64,000 nucleotides of DNA from Octopus sinensis. Its lineage: Eukaryota. The stretch is from positions 14,322,001-14,386,000 of the forward strand of contig NC_043009.1 of NCBI RefSeq assembly GCF_006345805.1, written 5' to 3'. Within the stretch, counting starts at the first letter, position 1; every line of letters begins with the position of its first letter. Position numbers and translations under genes: made by a program. Below the pieces are notes generated by a model. The model made no database searches and was not told where the DNA came from. It saw only the letters and a list, made by a program, of their open reading frames with translations. Positions 14,053-27,654 of the stretch are shown here, piece after piece.

Positions 14053-14285
14053 GGCGGTGAGCTGGCAGAAACGTTAGCACGACGGGCGAAATGCGTAGCC
14101 TTATTTCGTCTGCCGCTACGTTCTGAGTTCAAATTCCGCCGAGGTCGACTGTGCATTTCATCCTCTTGGGGTCGATTAAATAAGTACCAGTTACGCTCTG
14201 AGGTCTATATAATCGACATAATCCGTTTGTTTGTCCTTGTTTGTCCTCTCTGTGTTTAGCCCGTTTGTGGGTAGTAAAGAAATAA
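14053..14285 (+). mobile_element. SINE family A, full length, with 14-bp target-site duplication
   Basis: Complete head-to-tail copy; AGTATTTCATCTGA occurs at 14039-14052 and 14285-14298. Confidence 0.9.
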
Positions 14286-14539
14286 GTATTTCATCTGACG
14301 TTATTTTACAATATATTTCCTTCACTTCATACAGCACCGCTCTATTACTGATAACACAGCGCTTCACTGCTTCATACCATTAACAATTAGCACAAATTCA
14401 TCTTTTGAACACAATTAAGACTAGTTGCATTAAACTTGAATTCTTCGTTGGGTACACAGTTCCGAAACATTCACCAATAAAGCCATGTCAATCTTGTAAA
14501 CATTCAACAATTTACAGAGAGACTCATTTCTTGCACCAA

Positions 14540-14960
14540 GTAAACAGTCTAGTACTTCGACCTCTCTATCGACGACACACTATTAAAATCCTCGATCTTG
14601 TTATAAATACTAGGCCAGGTGGTCTCCCTGGGCGATCATAAGTTCATAAGGAGCAAAAACGGCATCTCAAAGACCAGCTTAATCTTCAGTGGGGGAAATT
14701 ACTTCAGTTCCAAATAATTTTATAACTCTTTCCATAAATCAAGTGAGATACTTATTCGATAATTATTCCAAAATTTGGATGAAACTATTCCTATATACAA
14801 ATGTATAGAACATATTCGAAAGAAAGCCATTCAATTGATTAGCAAATATATACTCATCAACACATCAAGCTCGATGTAACACGAGTCCTTATCTGCACGG
14901 CGCTCTTCCTACCGACTCAAAACCGACTCCTTTCCTAGGAAGTAGCTTATTGTGTACAAT
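14540..14960 (+). mobile_element. CR1/L2-like LINE RT C-terminal remnant, heavily decayed
   Basis: Across frameshifts: AKTASQR...YFSSK...ITLSINQVRYLFDNYSKIW...HIRKKAIQLIS, resembling LTLYKAQVRP.LEY.S.IW...LDRIQKKAIRLI. Confidence 0.55.
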
Positions 14961-16436
14961 CACCGCCACATAAACCTAATCTCTTTCTTTTGATACAGAT
15001 GTGTGTTTTTCCAGTTTTGCTCTAACCGGTTTTCCAAATCCTATATTCGAAGAATGTCAGCTCACAATAATTTCTTTTCACGCAATGTTTTCTTATGTAG
15101 TGACTGACGTACAGTTATTCAAGATGAATGTTACCACCAGCACGTTCAAAGATTTTTGGAAGCAATCAAAGGTTCTGGGCATATAAAAGTTAATCATTAT
15201 TAATTGTTACATCTTTTTAGACCGATAAAAATTAAATTGAATTTTAATTGTCTGAGGAACAATTGTCTTTATTTGATCGATCCTCAAGGAATTTAAGTTG
15301 AATACAAGGAAACGAACGATAAATGTGTTCAACTGGTGTGGTCACTCGTCTGATGTTATCTAAGTATAAAAAGTACTATCGTCTTGTTTACTAAACGCAT
15401 TGGGCATCTATTTTAGAGGAGAAACAAGGAGAAATATGAAGTTTATGTTTCATTAAGAAATTATCTGCGCAAGAGAATGAAATAAATGGAATTTAATTTG
15501 TGCTTGAAATTGTATCTGTTTCGCTGCATGTCAAGGGTACACCATTACGCCATGTGCTACAATCCACATCTCCTTATTGACATCTTACACAAAGAGACAA
15601 TATGGAATCATAGAGATATCAAATGGAGAACAATCAGTTACATTGCGAAAATGAATAAAAAAACTATTTCGTGGCATTCCATAGAAGCATTCTCAGGTTA
15701 TCGAAATGGAGCCGTAATTTTATCCGTAAGGAAGTCATGATCACAGGACAATTTCTCCACAGAATCTAAATAATATTCTCAAACATTTATATTAAATTTC
15801 AGACAGTTCTTTGTTTCTTTCTATTTAGTTTACTTTCAGAAACAAAATACAACATTTAAACATTTTATACTCCAGAAAGTGATATACAGGAATCTGTTTG
15901 AAATCCTAGATATTAGATTTTGTTTCATATAGATTCTCTATACATTTAAAGAAATGTATCACTCCAAACAAATTACTTCTATTTTCTTAGTGAAAACAGT
16001 AACAATGGTGGAATATTCACGCCTCATAGGAGATCAGAATTTCGGAAATCAATTAATTCTATGGCTTTCCTTCTCTTATCACAGCGCCAAATTGTCTGAA
16101 TTCTCTGTTTAATGCTATGTAGTTTAAAACGGCTGCTGCCTTCAGGAATATAATCATGTGTCCTTTTTAAATAACAAACTAACTTCTACTTATATTTCGC
16201 CTTTTTAATCAGAGAGTGGCAAAACAGTCAGGGTCTATCATTCGAAATTCTGAAGTGTCAAAATTGCCGAAAGGCCAAGCTATCATCACTAATTTATCAA
16301 AACTAATCCTATCCCAGATATAATATCATATCTCTAAATAAAACACCGAACTTTTTTGACTACATGTGTTTCGTGGAATGAAGTGCTCAACCAATATGCG
16401 GGCTTGTGAATAATAACAAGGATAATAATAATAAAT

Positions 16437-16986
16437 GCCCTGATGCAGTACCAGACAATGGCTCTCATGGCTGCTGATCTTAACTGATTGGAAGTGTTAT
16501 CATGTACATTGTTTTGTCTTGGTATAAAAGATGGGCTACAGCAAATATTCTGCTCAATACCACAGATTTGCTTGTCAGTTGTTTGACCTTAACAGGTTGA
16601 GATTGACACTTAATAGCTGACGATATGTACATCTCAGATCACGAGCAGAAGTAGTGTGGGAGCATCATAGCCATGTGTTGAGAGGGATTTTTAGAGGTTT
16701 GGATACTTCATCTCAGAAATCATGAATGTTTCGTTCAACATCCTTAAACAATCCTTATTCAAGGACTTTTTGATCGGTATGGGCTACGCAACCTGAAGAA
16801 AATACTAACTGGGCTTCACCTGCAATGCTATGTGCTGTTTATTTTGATACGAGATTACCATGTCGCACATATGTGGTTGTGATGCACGTGCCTGGTGTAC
16901 CCTTATCAGATGAGAGATCATGATAGATATACTGGGCTTCGTATGTTTTACCTTAGTGTCGCTTTGGTGGCATGCATTGCTTTCTG
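16437..16986 (+). mobile_element. ~550-bp non-coding interspersed element, copy 1
   Basis: GCCCTGATGCAGTACC...GATCTTAACTGATTGGAAGTGTTATCATGTAC...GGCATGCA; homologous to 18010-18533 and 29021-29573 (reverse); preceded by ATAATAATAA. Confidence 0.85.
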
Positions 16987-17044
16987 AAATATATGCATTC
17001 AAGAACCAAGAAACAGACCCGTCTCCTATTGTCACTGTCAATTC

Positions 17045-17880
17045 TTTAATGACAAACCAAAACTTGTAGGGCTGCTAACAACTGTTAAAGAGTTCAACAA
17101 TGGCAGCGGGATTGATTTTGGCCATGATAGGTGTGCTAATCAAACAAGATCAGGTAAACTGCTTTCATTAAATTAGATACCGACGTTACCATCAAGTTGC
17201 TTGACTCACAAGAAAATTATAGATACCTAGCTACTATGAAATACCTAAAGAGAGCTAATAGTTATAAATACAGTATTACATTGGAAAAAATATAAACATT
17301 ACAGAATCAGTACCCCTGCTTACTGGTATGAACATTATACACTGCTTGCTGATAGTATTTGCAGTCCCTTCTGATCAAAATATTGTCCAAAATAGAGTGG
17401 AAAAATTGTCGAAGTACTAAGACATCGAAATTGAAGTAATCATGATGTGTGGCTTGAATGGGGATACCTACAATAATTGGAGTATTGGGTATGATAAAAA
17501 AAACAAAGAAGCTATACCTGGATCCTCAAAACTACACACTATACAAAATTGTAGCCCTGCTAGGATCAGCTAACATCCTGCACATGATACTATTAATACA
17601 CCAATGCAACATAAACAAAACAACCCACAAACACAAGTCACACTCCATACGGCAATTATCCAGTGAAATAAACTTCCACCGGCAATCTATTAACCAACGT
17701 ATACAACAAAAGATAGCACCACACCTCAATAGAAACAAAGTAACGCAATGCAGTACTGGGAAGAGTTTGCACACTCCCAACAACAGAAAAGAACACACAA
17801 TGCTGCACACAGCCCAGCAAAATGGAGGTGAAGCAGGTGTTGCAATAGAAATTAACCTCGAACTCCTAAATGTTGAACTA
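17045..17880 (+). mobile_element. R4/Dong-like non-LTR retrotransposon remnant (RT end, REL endonuclease, 3' UTR), internally deleted
   Basis: KLDTDVTIKLLDSQENYRYL (RT end); WYEH; CLLIVFAVPSDQNI...EKLSKY*DIEIEV...IPTIIGVLGMIKK...VALLGSANIL (REL C-terminus); the 3' UTR runs into (AAT)n. Confidence 0.75.
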
Positions 17881-17882
17881 TT

Positions 17883-17902
17883 AAATAATAATAATAATAA
17901 TG

Positions 17903-17948
<46 letters not shown>

Positions 17949-18005
17949 TAATAATAATAATAATAATATAATAATAATAACAACAATAATGATAATTGTA
18001 ATAAT
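17883..18005. repeat. (AAT)n microsatellite
   Basis: Direct reading. Confidence 0.95.
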
Positions 18006-18009
18006 GCTA

Positions 18010-18533
18010 GTGACTCATGGCTTCTGATCTTAACTGACTGGAAGTGTTATCACGTACATGTTTTGTTTTGGTGTAAAAGATGGGCTACAGCAAATATTTT
18101 GCTCAATACCACGGATTTGCTTGTCAGTTGTTTGACCGTAACCAGTTGAGCAAGTCCCTTGGCGGGTGTCAATATGTGAATCTCTGATCACGGGCAAAAG
18201 TAGCGGGGGAGCATCATAGCCACATAGTGAGAGGAATTCTTTGGGGTTTGAATAATTTATCTCTGGAAACACGGGTGGGTCGTTCAATATCTTTAAACAA
18301 CAGATTTTCAGTAATCTTTTTAGTAGGATGGGCTACTGGACCTGAAGAAAATTCTAAGCCCCACCTACATGGCCATGCGCTGTTTATCTTGATATGAGGT
18401 CAGTATGCTGCACACATAGCTGTTTTACATGTACCTCGTGAACCCTTATCAGACAAGAAGCCATGATGGGTATTTTGGATTTCGTATACTTGTACTTCGC
18501 CGTAACTTTGAGGGCGCATGTCCTCTCTCACTG
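18010..18533 (+). mobile_element. ~550-bp non-coding interspersed element, copy 2 (slightly 5'-truncated, more diverged)
   Basis: Homologous to 16437-16986; ends CTCTCTCACTG-AATAATAAT. Confidence 0.82.
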
Positions 18534-19389
18534 AATAATAATGATTTAATTCAACAGTTTATACTCATCAGTTGCTCAGTCAAAATCGGTCAGAAACTAT
18601 TTTACTTCCGTAAAACGTTCTATTAGTTTACGAGCCAATAAGAGAACCTAGACAGAGTGAATGTGCCTGCTAGGCATTGCAGTCACTACTCCCTCAGATC
18701 AAATGTCACCATCTAGAACCAGAAAGAAAGCATTAAGTAACGTAGTCCAATACAACTAAGAAAAATGAGATGGTCTCAGCTGGAAAGCCATTGATTTGGG
18801 TTTGACTTTAGGTCTGCCTTTGCAAACGAATAAAAGCAACAAACACCTCTCTTGTTTTAAATTTTATCCTATAAGACGCATAGTTCATCTGAAAAGTTCA
18901 TCTGTTTCCTTTCATACCATATTAGAACATTACTGCCTTAAAAAGAATATATTATATAGAGCTGACCCAGGAACATTGTGTCGAAAAACAAAACGATTGA
19001 ATAAAATAATTATGGCTGGAAGGACATTGAAGAGAGGCCAGCTCAATCAGGACTAACTTGGACAGCAACAAAAACAATAATAATTCGAATTTCTGTCGTT
19101 TATATCGTTGTCCAGGGATGCATGGTAAGGTCGGCGGTGTAAAACTATACTCACTATGTTCTGAGTTTAACTCTCTCTGGGTCCTATTTTGAGCTTCATA
19201 CGTTTTTTTAGAAAAATTATTACTATGGGTTTATAATATATAAAGACACATGAAGTCAGACATCATTCGTGGAGGAATATTAACAGGAAATACATTCCAT
19301 GCTTTCGTTAATTGGTTTTGGTGTCTTTATGCTGGAGAACAGACACCGACGCACTACCGACAGAGAGAGAGGGATAGATGAATAGATAG

Positions 19390-19422
19390 AGAGAGAGAGA
19401 GGGGGGAGGAGAAAGAATGAGT

Positions 19423-19459
<37 letters not shown>

Positions 19460-19607
19460 TGCTCCGACATTATTCGGATGGTACTCACTTTTATACGAGT
19501 TGACTGAAGTAACATGCAACAAAGTGTCTTTGTAAAGGATGCTACTTGCCGTTCGGTTCCGTAACTGAACGCTCGACCTTAATATCATGAGCTAAGCATC
19601 ATCTAGG

Positions 19608-19680
<73 letters not shown>
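19390..19680. repeat. (GA)n tract at ~19390-19460 and (CA)n tract at ~19608-19680
   Basis: Direct reading. Confidence 0.9.
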
Positions 19681-19685
<5 letters not shown>

Positions 19686-20013
19686 ATCTAATAAAAACGT
19701 TAATATCAATAAAGAAGACTCTTCAAAATACTACGAAATAGTTATTACTTAACACGAATGAGAATTGCAATAGAAACAACGTTAATCTTCCTTTATTAAT
19801 GCTATCGATACATTCTATATTCCAAGGTGCATTAGTCGTGATATTTTACTGAAACATGATTTTCTTAATGCGATAATACGTTCTAAAAATGTGGCGCTAA
19901 AAATATGTTCAAACGCCATGTTTACGAACTAAAATATCAGTTATTTGTTTTATTATATTTTCCCCCAAATACATTTTTTTACGTTTTCTTTCTGATAGAG
20001 GCAATGTTCAGAT

Positions 20014-20410
<397 letters not shown>

Positions 20411-21639
20411 ATAATATACATAGATGTGCATGTATATTTGTATATACACATAGATACATAAACGCACAAATTGATACAATTTAGAAAGTGACCTCGAGTC
20501 AATAAACATCAAAGCAAGTTCTTCATATTCTGTGAAGCAATTAAGCAATTTTCCGAAGATTCAATTTCTATTGACTGCCAGGAAATAATATCTAAGAATA
20601 AACAACAAAACATTTTTTTTTTAGATATTCCGCTATTGCATTAATATATAGATTATATTTTTAACCAATTGTTGGTGATCTCTATAATATGTTAGGTCAC
20701 TTTAGTTTTTATTCTCATCATTGGATAAACATTTCCTCCCAGACTTTAGCAAGTTTTGCTAAAGGTCCAGAGGAGGAAAGTCATGTAACTAACAATACAA
20801 ATGAGACATTTTCTCAGAAATTTATATTTTGTCAATACATAAAGATAATGATACAAAGTTCTATGTGTATATTATTAAGAAGGCAATATCATGAAGTCGG
20901 TTGATTAACTGGGTCAGCAGTTAATTCAGAACAAGAAAACGGGAAGTCATATTGTTCCTGTGGAATGCATTTGTTTCCACGGTCCTGGAGCATTGTTCGA
21001 AATTAGGGCGGTAAAAATATCTAATTACCACCATAACTCAGTGGTGTAATTCTGAAAGAAGTGATGCTCGCAATCTGAGGAGAATTTATGAAAGATATAA
21101 AGTGCTAAATGTTTTGGAGACTTTACATGTTCTACCAACAAAATATGCCACTCAAATTTATAACAATGTTGGAATATGCCGATAATGCGTAGCAGCGAAG
21201 GTTTTGATATCTCCATTTAGATCTTAGGTTTCAATATCTAATATAAATCTTTAAAAATGCTGGTGAAGTGAATGGAGTTATATTTAAGAAAATTTGTCAT
21301 CTTTTTACCAGAGATCCAAAGGGAGTCTACTTTAGAATAAGGAACAAAAATGTGGTCAGTAACAAAAAAATATCCATTCAATAAAGTGAATAACACAAGT
21401 AGAAATATAGAAATAAAAAAACATTCGTAAACCCGCACGACAGCAGGGCCAAAGCCGAAAAGCAAGGACTAGTAAGAGAATAAAATGTTAGAAATTGAAG
21501 TTATAACATCACGTTAAATTGCGAAATTTCACAATTTCAATGAAGTACCAGCTAGAATGTTGTAGTGGTTATTGTTATTATTAAGGTGGTAAGCTGGCAG
21601 AGTCGTTAGCACGCTGGACGAAATGATTAGCGGTATTTA

Positions 21640-23275
21640 TGCATACACACACATGTAGGAATAAATGTAAGGACAATCAAGTTAGGCAAATCGATTTACA
21701 CAGAAAATTAAATACATCTAATACAAAGAATGTGTGTTTAAAATAGTCCGACTCACAATAGAATACAAATGATATCAGGAGTTAAATGAGATGAGTTTTA
21801 CAAGTCCAACAACCGGTGGTCTGGAATAACGATAGTTACTTCATTCCATTATCGGATAACACCGCCTCCGTCTTCAGGGGAGAATTTTACATCGAGGAGA
21901 TGGCGTTTAAAAATCGAATAATTTTCTGGAGAATCATGTGTATTAGGAAGTGGAGTTGGGGCGTTTAGATAGAGAGTAATTAGCGGAGAAAAGAGATTTC
22001 AGGATTAAGGTTAATAATGAGGCTAGTGATAGTAGTAGAAGTTGAAGGTGGGAGGAGTGAATGATGGCCTTTGTGATAGTTTGTACGAAAACTATAGAGT
22101 GAAATGTTGAGATAGTGAAAAGGGATTGTTATTATTTGAGGGAAATGCGTTGACTGATTCAGTAGCTATGGTGGACGAAAAGGTGGTCAAAAGTAATTGT
22201 TAGGGGGGAAAAAGGAATTGGGTTGGCAATGGAAGAGGTGTTATTGTAAAGAGATGGGTTTGAGATTGAATAAAGTGTTGTAGGGCGGGGTAAATGTAAA
22301 TTGGTTAGTTTTCAAAGACTCAAGCCATCATCCCACAATCCTACCTACGCGACAACAAATACTAGCTTCAGTACCAGCTCTCAAAGCAATGCATATACAA
22401 ATTTCAATATAGGTTCTCCCCTCACTAACAAGAAACCAGCGGAGCTCATCCTCAGTAATAATAAACCCCAACTACGAGCAGGTAGGGAAACTTGCAACTG
22501 CCGCGTATCTCGATTATGCCCTCTTGAAGGCGCCTGGCTACGCAAAAATGTGATCTACAAGTGCCGTGTTATAACACCACGTTTCCCCCAAGCACCATAA
22601 ATTTCAAGCGCACCTACTGTGCACACATGAACTCTTTCATTAATCCAAATTCTAAACTATCGACCTCCTTAGCAACGTATATACACAACCTCAGATCGCA
22701 AAATAATCCATATGCCCTATTCTGGTCCCTAGTAAGTGAAGCTCCCCATACAATGCAATAACGGTTAGTGTCAGTTATCTATAGGAATCATTAACCCTTC
22801 GCCAAATCTATATAAATCCTACAATAAGTTTCCATAGCCAAAATCCTTAACCTAAAACAATACCAAACTAGCAATCTACTACTTAATAAATATTAACCCC
22901 CACTCTTGTTCTTTCTGATACAACCATCTCAGATTTCTTTCAAATCTTCAAATCAACCACTTCCCACTTGCCTCTTAGCCTTCCCAACCTCCTCAAACTT
23001 AAGCAGTACTTAACAAAACCCCACTTCTTTGAAAATTAACCAATCTCCTCTACACCTCTCTATTCAGTTTCATACTCCTCTCTTTACAATAACACCCCCT
23101 CCATTGCCAACCCAATTTCTTTGTCCCACTAACAACTCTTTTTGACCACCTTTTAACTCCCCCTCCTTAGCTACTGAAATAGTCAACTCATTTCCCTCAA
23201 ATAATATACTGTCCCTTTTCACTAACTCAACCTTGACCTCTATAGCCTTCATACAAGCTATCACAAAGGTCATAA
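21640..23275 (+). mobile_element. Penelope-like element: decayed GIY-YIG endonuclease (22400-22800) with inverted pLTR arms
   Basis: TCNCRVSRLCPLEGAWLRKNVIYK and NFKRTYCAHMNSFINPNSKLSTSLATYIHNLRSQNNPYALFWSL match the PLE Cys linker and GIY-YIG domain; 22061-22318 is the reverse complement of 23026-23273. Confidence 0.8.
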
Positions 23276-23319
23276 TTCACACAGTTATATAAACATTTAT
23301 TCAGGCGCGCACACGCACA

Positions 23320-23409
<90 letters not shown>

Positions 23410-23767
23410 TGTATGTATGTCTGTATTGATGTGTGTGCATTTGTGTGTGTAATAGAGAATTTGTTTTTTGGTTTGAAAATGCATCTGTAGTCGTTTATAT
23501 GTTTAATAATGGGTTTATTCAAATAGCAAACTGGTACCCACATTGTTTTGGTTATGAATGGTACAAATGAATAACTAAAGGGCTTAGGAGAATTTAACGT
23601 TACTAAGCAAAAATCGGGAAAGAACATTAAATCAGATGTTCAAATGTTCACAGAAATGACAATGAGTTTCACATGGCTAGATAGTAATATCAATGTAAAC
23701 TTTCGGTGGAGATCATAGCAAATGTATATTATTGAAAGTTCAATCACGTTGAATTTTTGTATATATA

Positions 23768-23813
<46 letters not shown>

Positions 23814-23817
<4 letters not shown>

Positions 23818-23999
23818 CCCGGGTTGATTCGGGGTTAACCACAGTAAATAAGGTACTCAATACATAGCAGAGTAAAATTAATTTATTATATAGAAGGAGC
23901 TTCTACAGGACTAGAACTGTTTCATTCAAGAGAAATCTTCCTGAAGATTTCTCTTGAATGAAACAGTTCTAGTCCTGTAGAAGCTCCTTCTATATAATA
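23814..23999. mobile_element. PLE pLTR-like fragment ending in a perfect 57-bp-arm palindrome
   Basis: 23884-23940 is the exact reverse complement of 23943-23999; it contains CTGAAGA...GAAA; (TA)n flanks both sides. Confidence 0.65.
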
Positions 24000-24004
24000 T
24001 ATAT

Positions 24005-24053
<49 letters not shown>

Positions 24054-24616
24054 GCACACACATACAGCTATATATATATGTATATATATATATATATTAT
24101 ATATATATATATATATATGTATGAGTATATATGTACACACATATCTTCACACACAGAGGGCAATAGAGTGGTGTGCTCTTGCGCGCGCTTGTCTGTGTCT
24201 CTCTCTGTGTCTGTGCATGCGTGTCTATGTGTTTGCGTTCTTTCACATCTATTGACGCTGTGTGTTTTTTTCGTTACATCTTGTAATTCACAGACAGCGT
24301 TTGGATATTTTTAGAAGTTGTGGACATCATTGGATTGAATGGTATCGTTTGGTGTCGAAACCTTATTGATTTTCAGCAGTGTATCTGTTGATGTTAAATT
24401 TATGTCGATTTAGATAAAATTGTCGCTATTGTTTTTTTTATAGTTCCCCTTTTGTTTTATGTTTTCTGTTATATATATTCTTTAGATATCGATGTTATTC
24501 TAATTTGTACGCCTCGTTGTTTAGGGACCTCTCATCGTCTGGTGTAGGGCAAAATTGCGTTTAATTTATTTGTATCTATTATGCCTTAATACTATATCAA
24601 TATTTGTAACGGTGTT

Positions 24617-24760
24617 AAGGCGGCGAGCTTGCAGAGTCGGTGGCACGTCGACCAAAATAACGGCATTCCGTCCGTCCTTACGTTTTGATTTCAAATTCCA
24701 CCGAGGTTGATTTTGCCTCTCATCCTTTCGGGATCGATGAATTAACAATCAGTTGAAAAT
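24617..24760 (+). mobile_element. SINE family A, 3'-truncated
   Basis: AAGGCGGCGAGCTTGCAGAGTCG...TTCAAATTCCACCGAGG...CATCCTTTCGGGATCGAT. Confidence 0.8.
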
Positions 24761-25731
24761 AATTTTAGCGGAATTTTAAAACACACTTTCACTCATGATC
24801 ATATATTATATATGTGTGTGTATATTTACATGCATATACATATGCAAACAACTTCTATATACGTACAGATGTATACAAATATATATATATATATGTATGT
24901 ATGCATATATACATACATAGAGAGAAAGAAAGAGATACAAATGTTTTACGCAGATAACCAGCTGTGACTCTTCGATTTATCTAATTTTTATCAACGAGCA
25001 TGTATCTATGTATACTTAAATACATACACAGTGAAATATGTGCATACGTAATTTGTATATGTATGTATGTTTGTATATATGCAGTTACAAGACGTCTATC
25101 TGCAATAAGGTTGAACAAATACAAACTAAAATTATGGAACAACTAAAATCATGGAAAATATTAAAAAAAGTTTGAACAACATATATCTGTAAAATGTAAT
25201 CACACTTGGCCCAAAATTTCTCTACCTATCCAATTCATCCCATATTAAGGGAAGAATATGTCTCTTGGGTAGAAATACGTAAGAAATTTGTCTCTGTCCA
25301 GATACATCTGCAAGCATTGCAGAAATGGGGGTAATACCAATATTATGAAATACTGCGCAATTAGGTAAACAATATGCAAAAATAAAAGGAGCTTTAATCA
25401 TACACTAGGAAATATCTCGGAGAATGTCGAATGATCATAATCTGGGATATAACAATTCATACACAAGGAAACCAATGCTATGCGAATATTGTTTTCAGTG
25501 TCCCACAGGAAAGCAAACGTATCGGATCGTATGGAGGATTCTGCATCTTTAAAAAAACATTAAGACAAAGTAAAAATATAAACAATCACTTAAAAAGAAA
25601 TGTCTATGCGAAGAATTACATTAGACGAGTATATAAACTGCACCCAGAACATTATAATGATAATTCTAGTTGCATCCATTAATATTAAATACTCACACAT
25701 AGACACGTACATCATACACACATGCATTAAT

Positions 25732-25822
<91 letters not shown>

Positions 25823-25844
25823 TTATTTATTTATATATATGTTT

Positions 25845-26050
25845 GCGTGTCTGTGTTTGTCCCCACTATAGCTTGAGAACCGATGTTGGTGGGTTTACGT
25901 CCCCAAAACTTAGCGGTTCCGCAAACGGATCCGAAAGAATAAGTACTAGGCTTACAAATAACTTGTCCTGGCGTTGATTTCTTCGACTAAAAGGCAGTAC
26001 TTCAGTATCACCGCAGTTAAATGACTGAAACTAGTAAAAGTATAAAAGAA
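25845..26050 (+). mobile_element. SINE family B 3' half
   Basis: AACCGATGTTGGTGGGTTTACGTCCCC...AATAAGTACTAGGCTTAC...ATGACTGAAACTAGTAAAAG. Confidence 0.8.
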
Positions 26051-26064
26051 TAAAAGAATATATA

Positions 26065-26135
<71 letters not shown>

Positions 26136-27654
26136 TACACGCTCACGTATATATGTATGTATATTTTAAGAGGTCAAATATTTATGTTTTTGTGAACATA
26201 GATACGTATATATGTAAATGTAACGTAGACACAAACTCATTCAAGATTTATGACACGAACCTGTATAGAAATGGCCTATAAAAACAAATCGGTTAAACTT
26301 TATTCACAAGTGGGATGAGAAAAAGCATCATCACTAATAAGAACAATGTTATTTAACAATAGTAATAAATCTCATCAACCAATGTGGTTGTGTTGGAAAA
26401 CAACCGAAAAGTATATAGATGATTTGTTGTATCCCAAATTTGGATTTTTTCCAAGAAAGACAATGGTTTATATTTCAATCGATTCTTAGGGAACATCAAA
26501 ACACATTGCTACAAATATTCTGGTGATGTTCAATAGTTTGGTCTAGAAATTCTGTCTAATATTGTCTCATTTCTTTGCCAATTCACTACAGCTTTCAATA
26601 GTACATGTAGCACTAAACCCCATTCATGTATACAAGGAAGTAAATGTGTCATTGAGATTTACACTGCATTAATGAAAGTGTGAATTAATATATTTATAGA
26701 GGCAACGATTTGGCTTAAACGTTGTGGTAAAGTTTTCCAATGTACATTTATGACACCTTTCTAGTTCAAATATTGGTTACACCCCTTTATTTTATTTCTC
26801 TGTAAGCAGTTTCAGTGGAGATATGCCTAGCGTAAATATTTTCGATTCTTTCAATTGATTTCAATAATTGTTGTTTTTGCAGAAAAAAATCAATTGGTTA
26901 ATACTATTAACAAAATATGTTGCTCTCCCCTGTTGCTATAAATATTCTCTTAGTTTCCATATATTCATACAATTCTTTCGTCTAACTTACTATACTCTTG
27001 GCACACTTTTCCTCAACAAAAACATACACACAAACACTCACACATGTACATATACCCGCGCGCGCACCACCCACACATTTATTGAGTCCTTTAGTCAGTC
27101 AATGTTCTTTTTTGCATATAAAATCATATATATATATGTTGGCATTCATAAACGTAAGCGAGCAATTATAAGAGATAAAAATAAATATAATAAGAAACAA
27201 TAGAAGAAAACAAATTGAAATTGTTCGCCCAAAAGAATATTGGTGAAATTGAAAATTTAGAAAAAACAAGGTCTAACCAATTTAAAACTCATTCGAATTC
27301 GAATCGATTTTGCACATTGCGGTTTATTCAAAGAAATCAAAACAACGCTTAAAAAATTGCCTAGGCATCGAAGGAGTAAAACCCGTACACCAAAGGGAGT
27401 TATACAGGCTAATTGCATTGATGCAACTGATTGAGCTGACCTGAGATATTAGGACACGTTAGGTGTCGTGTAGTGTGTTTAAACCTAGAACCGCACGAAG
27501 ACGTTGTGAATTATTTTAGCACATGGTTATGATTTAATTTTGGACAACTATATATAAAAACATACTCCGTTGAAGAATTCAGTCCATCTCTAGAGATAAT
27601 ACGATAGTAGTAGTAGTAGTAGTAGTAGTGGCGGTGGTGGTAGTGTTGCTATTT

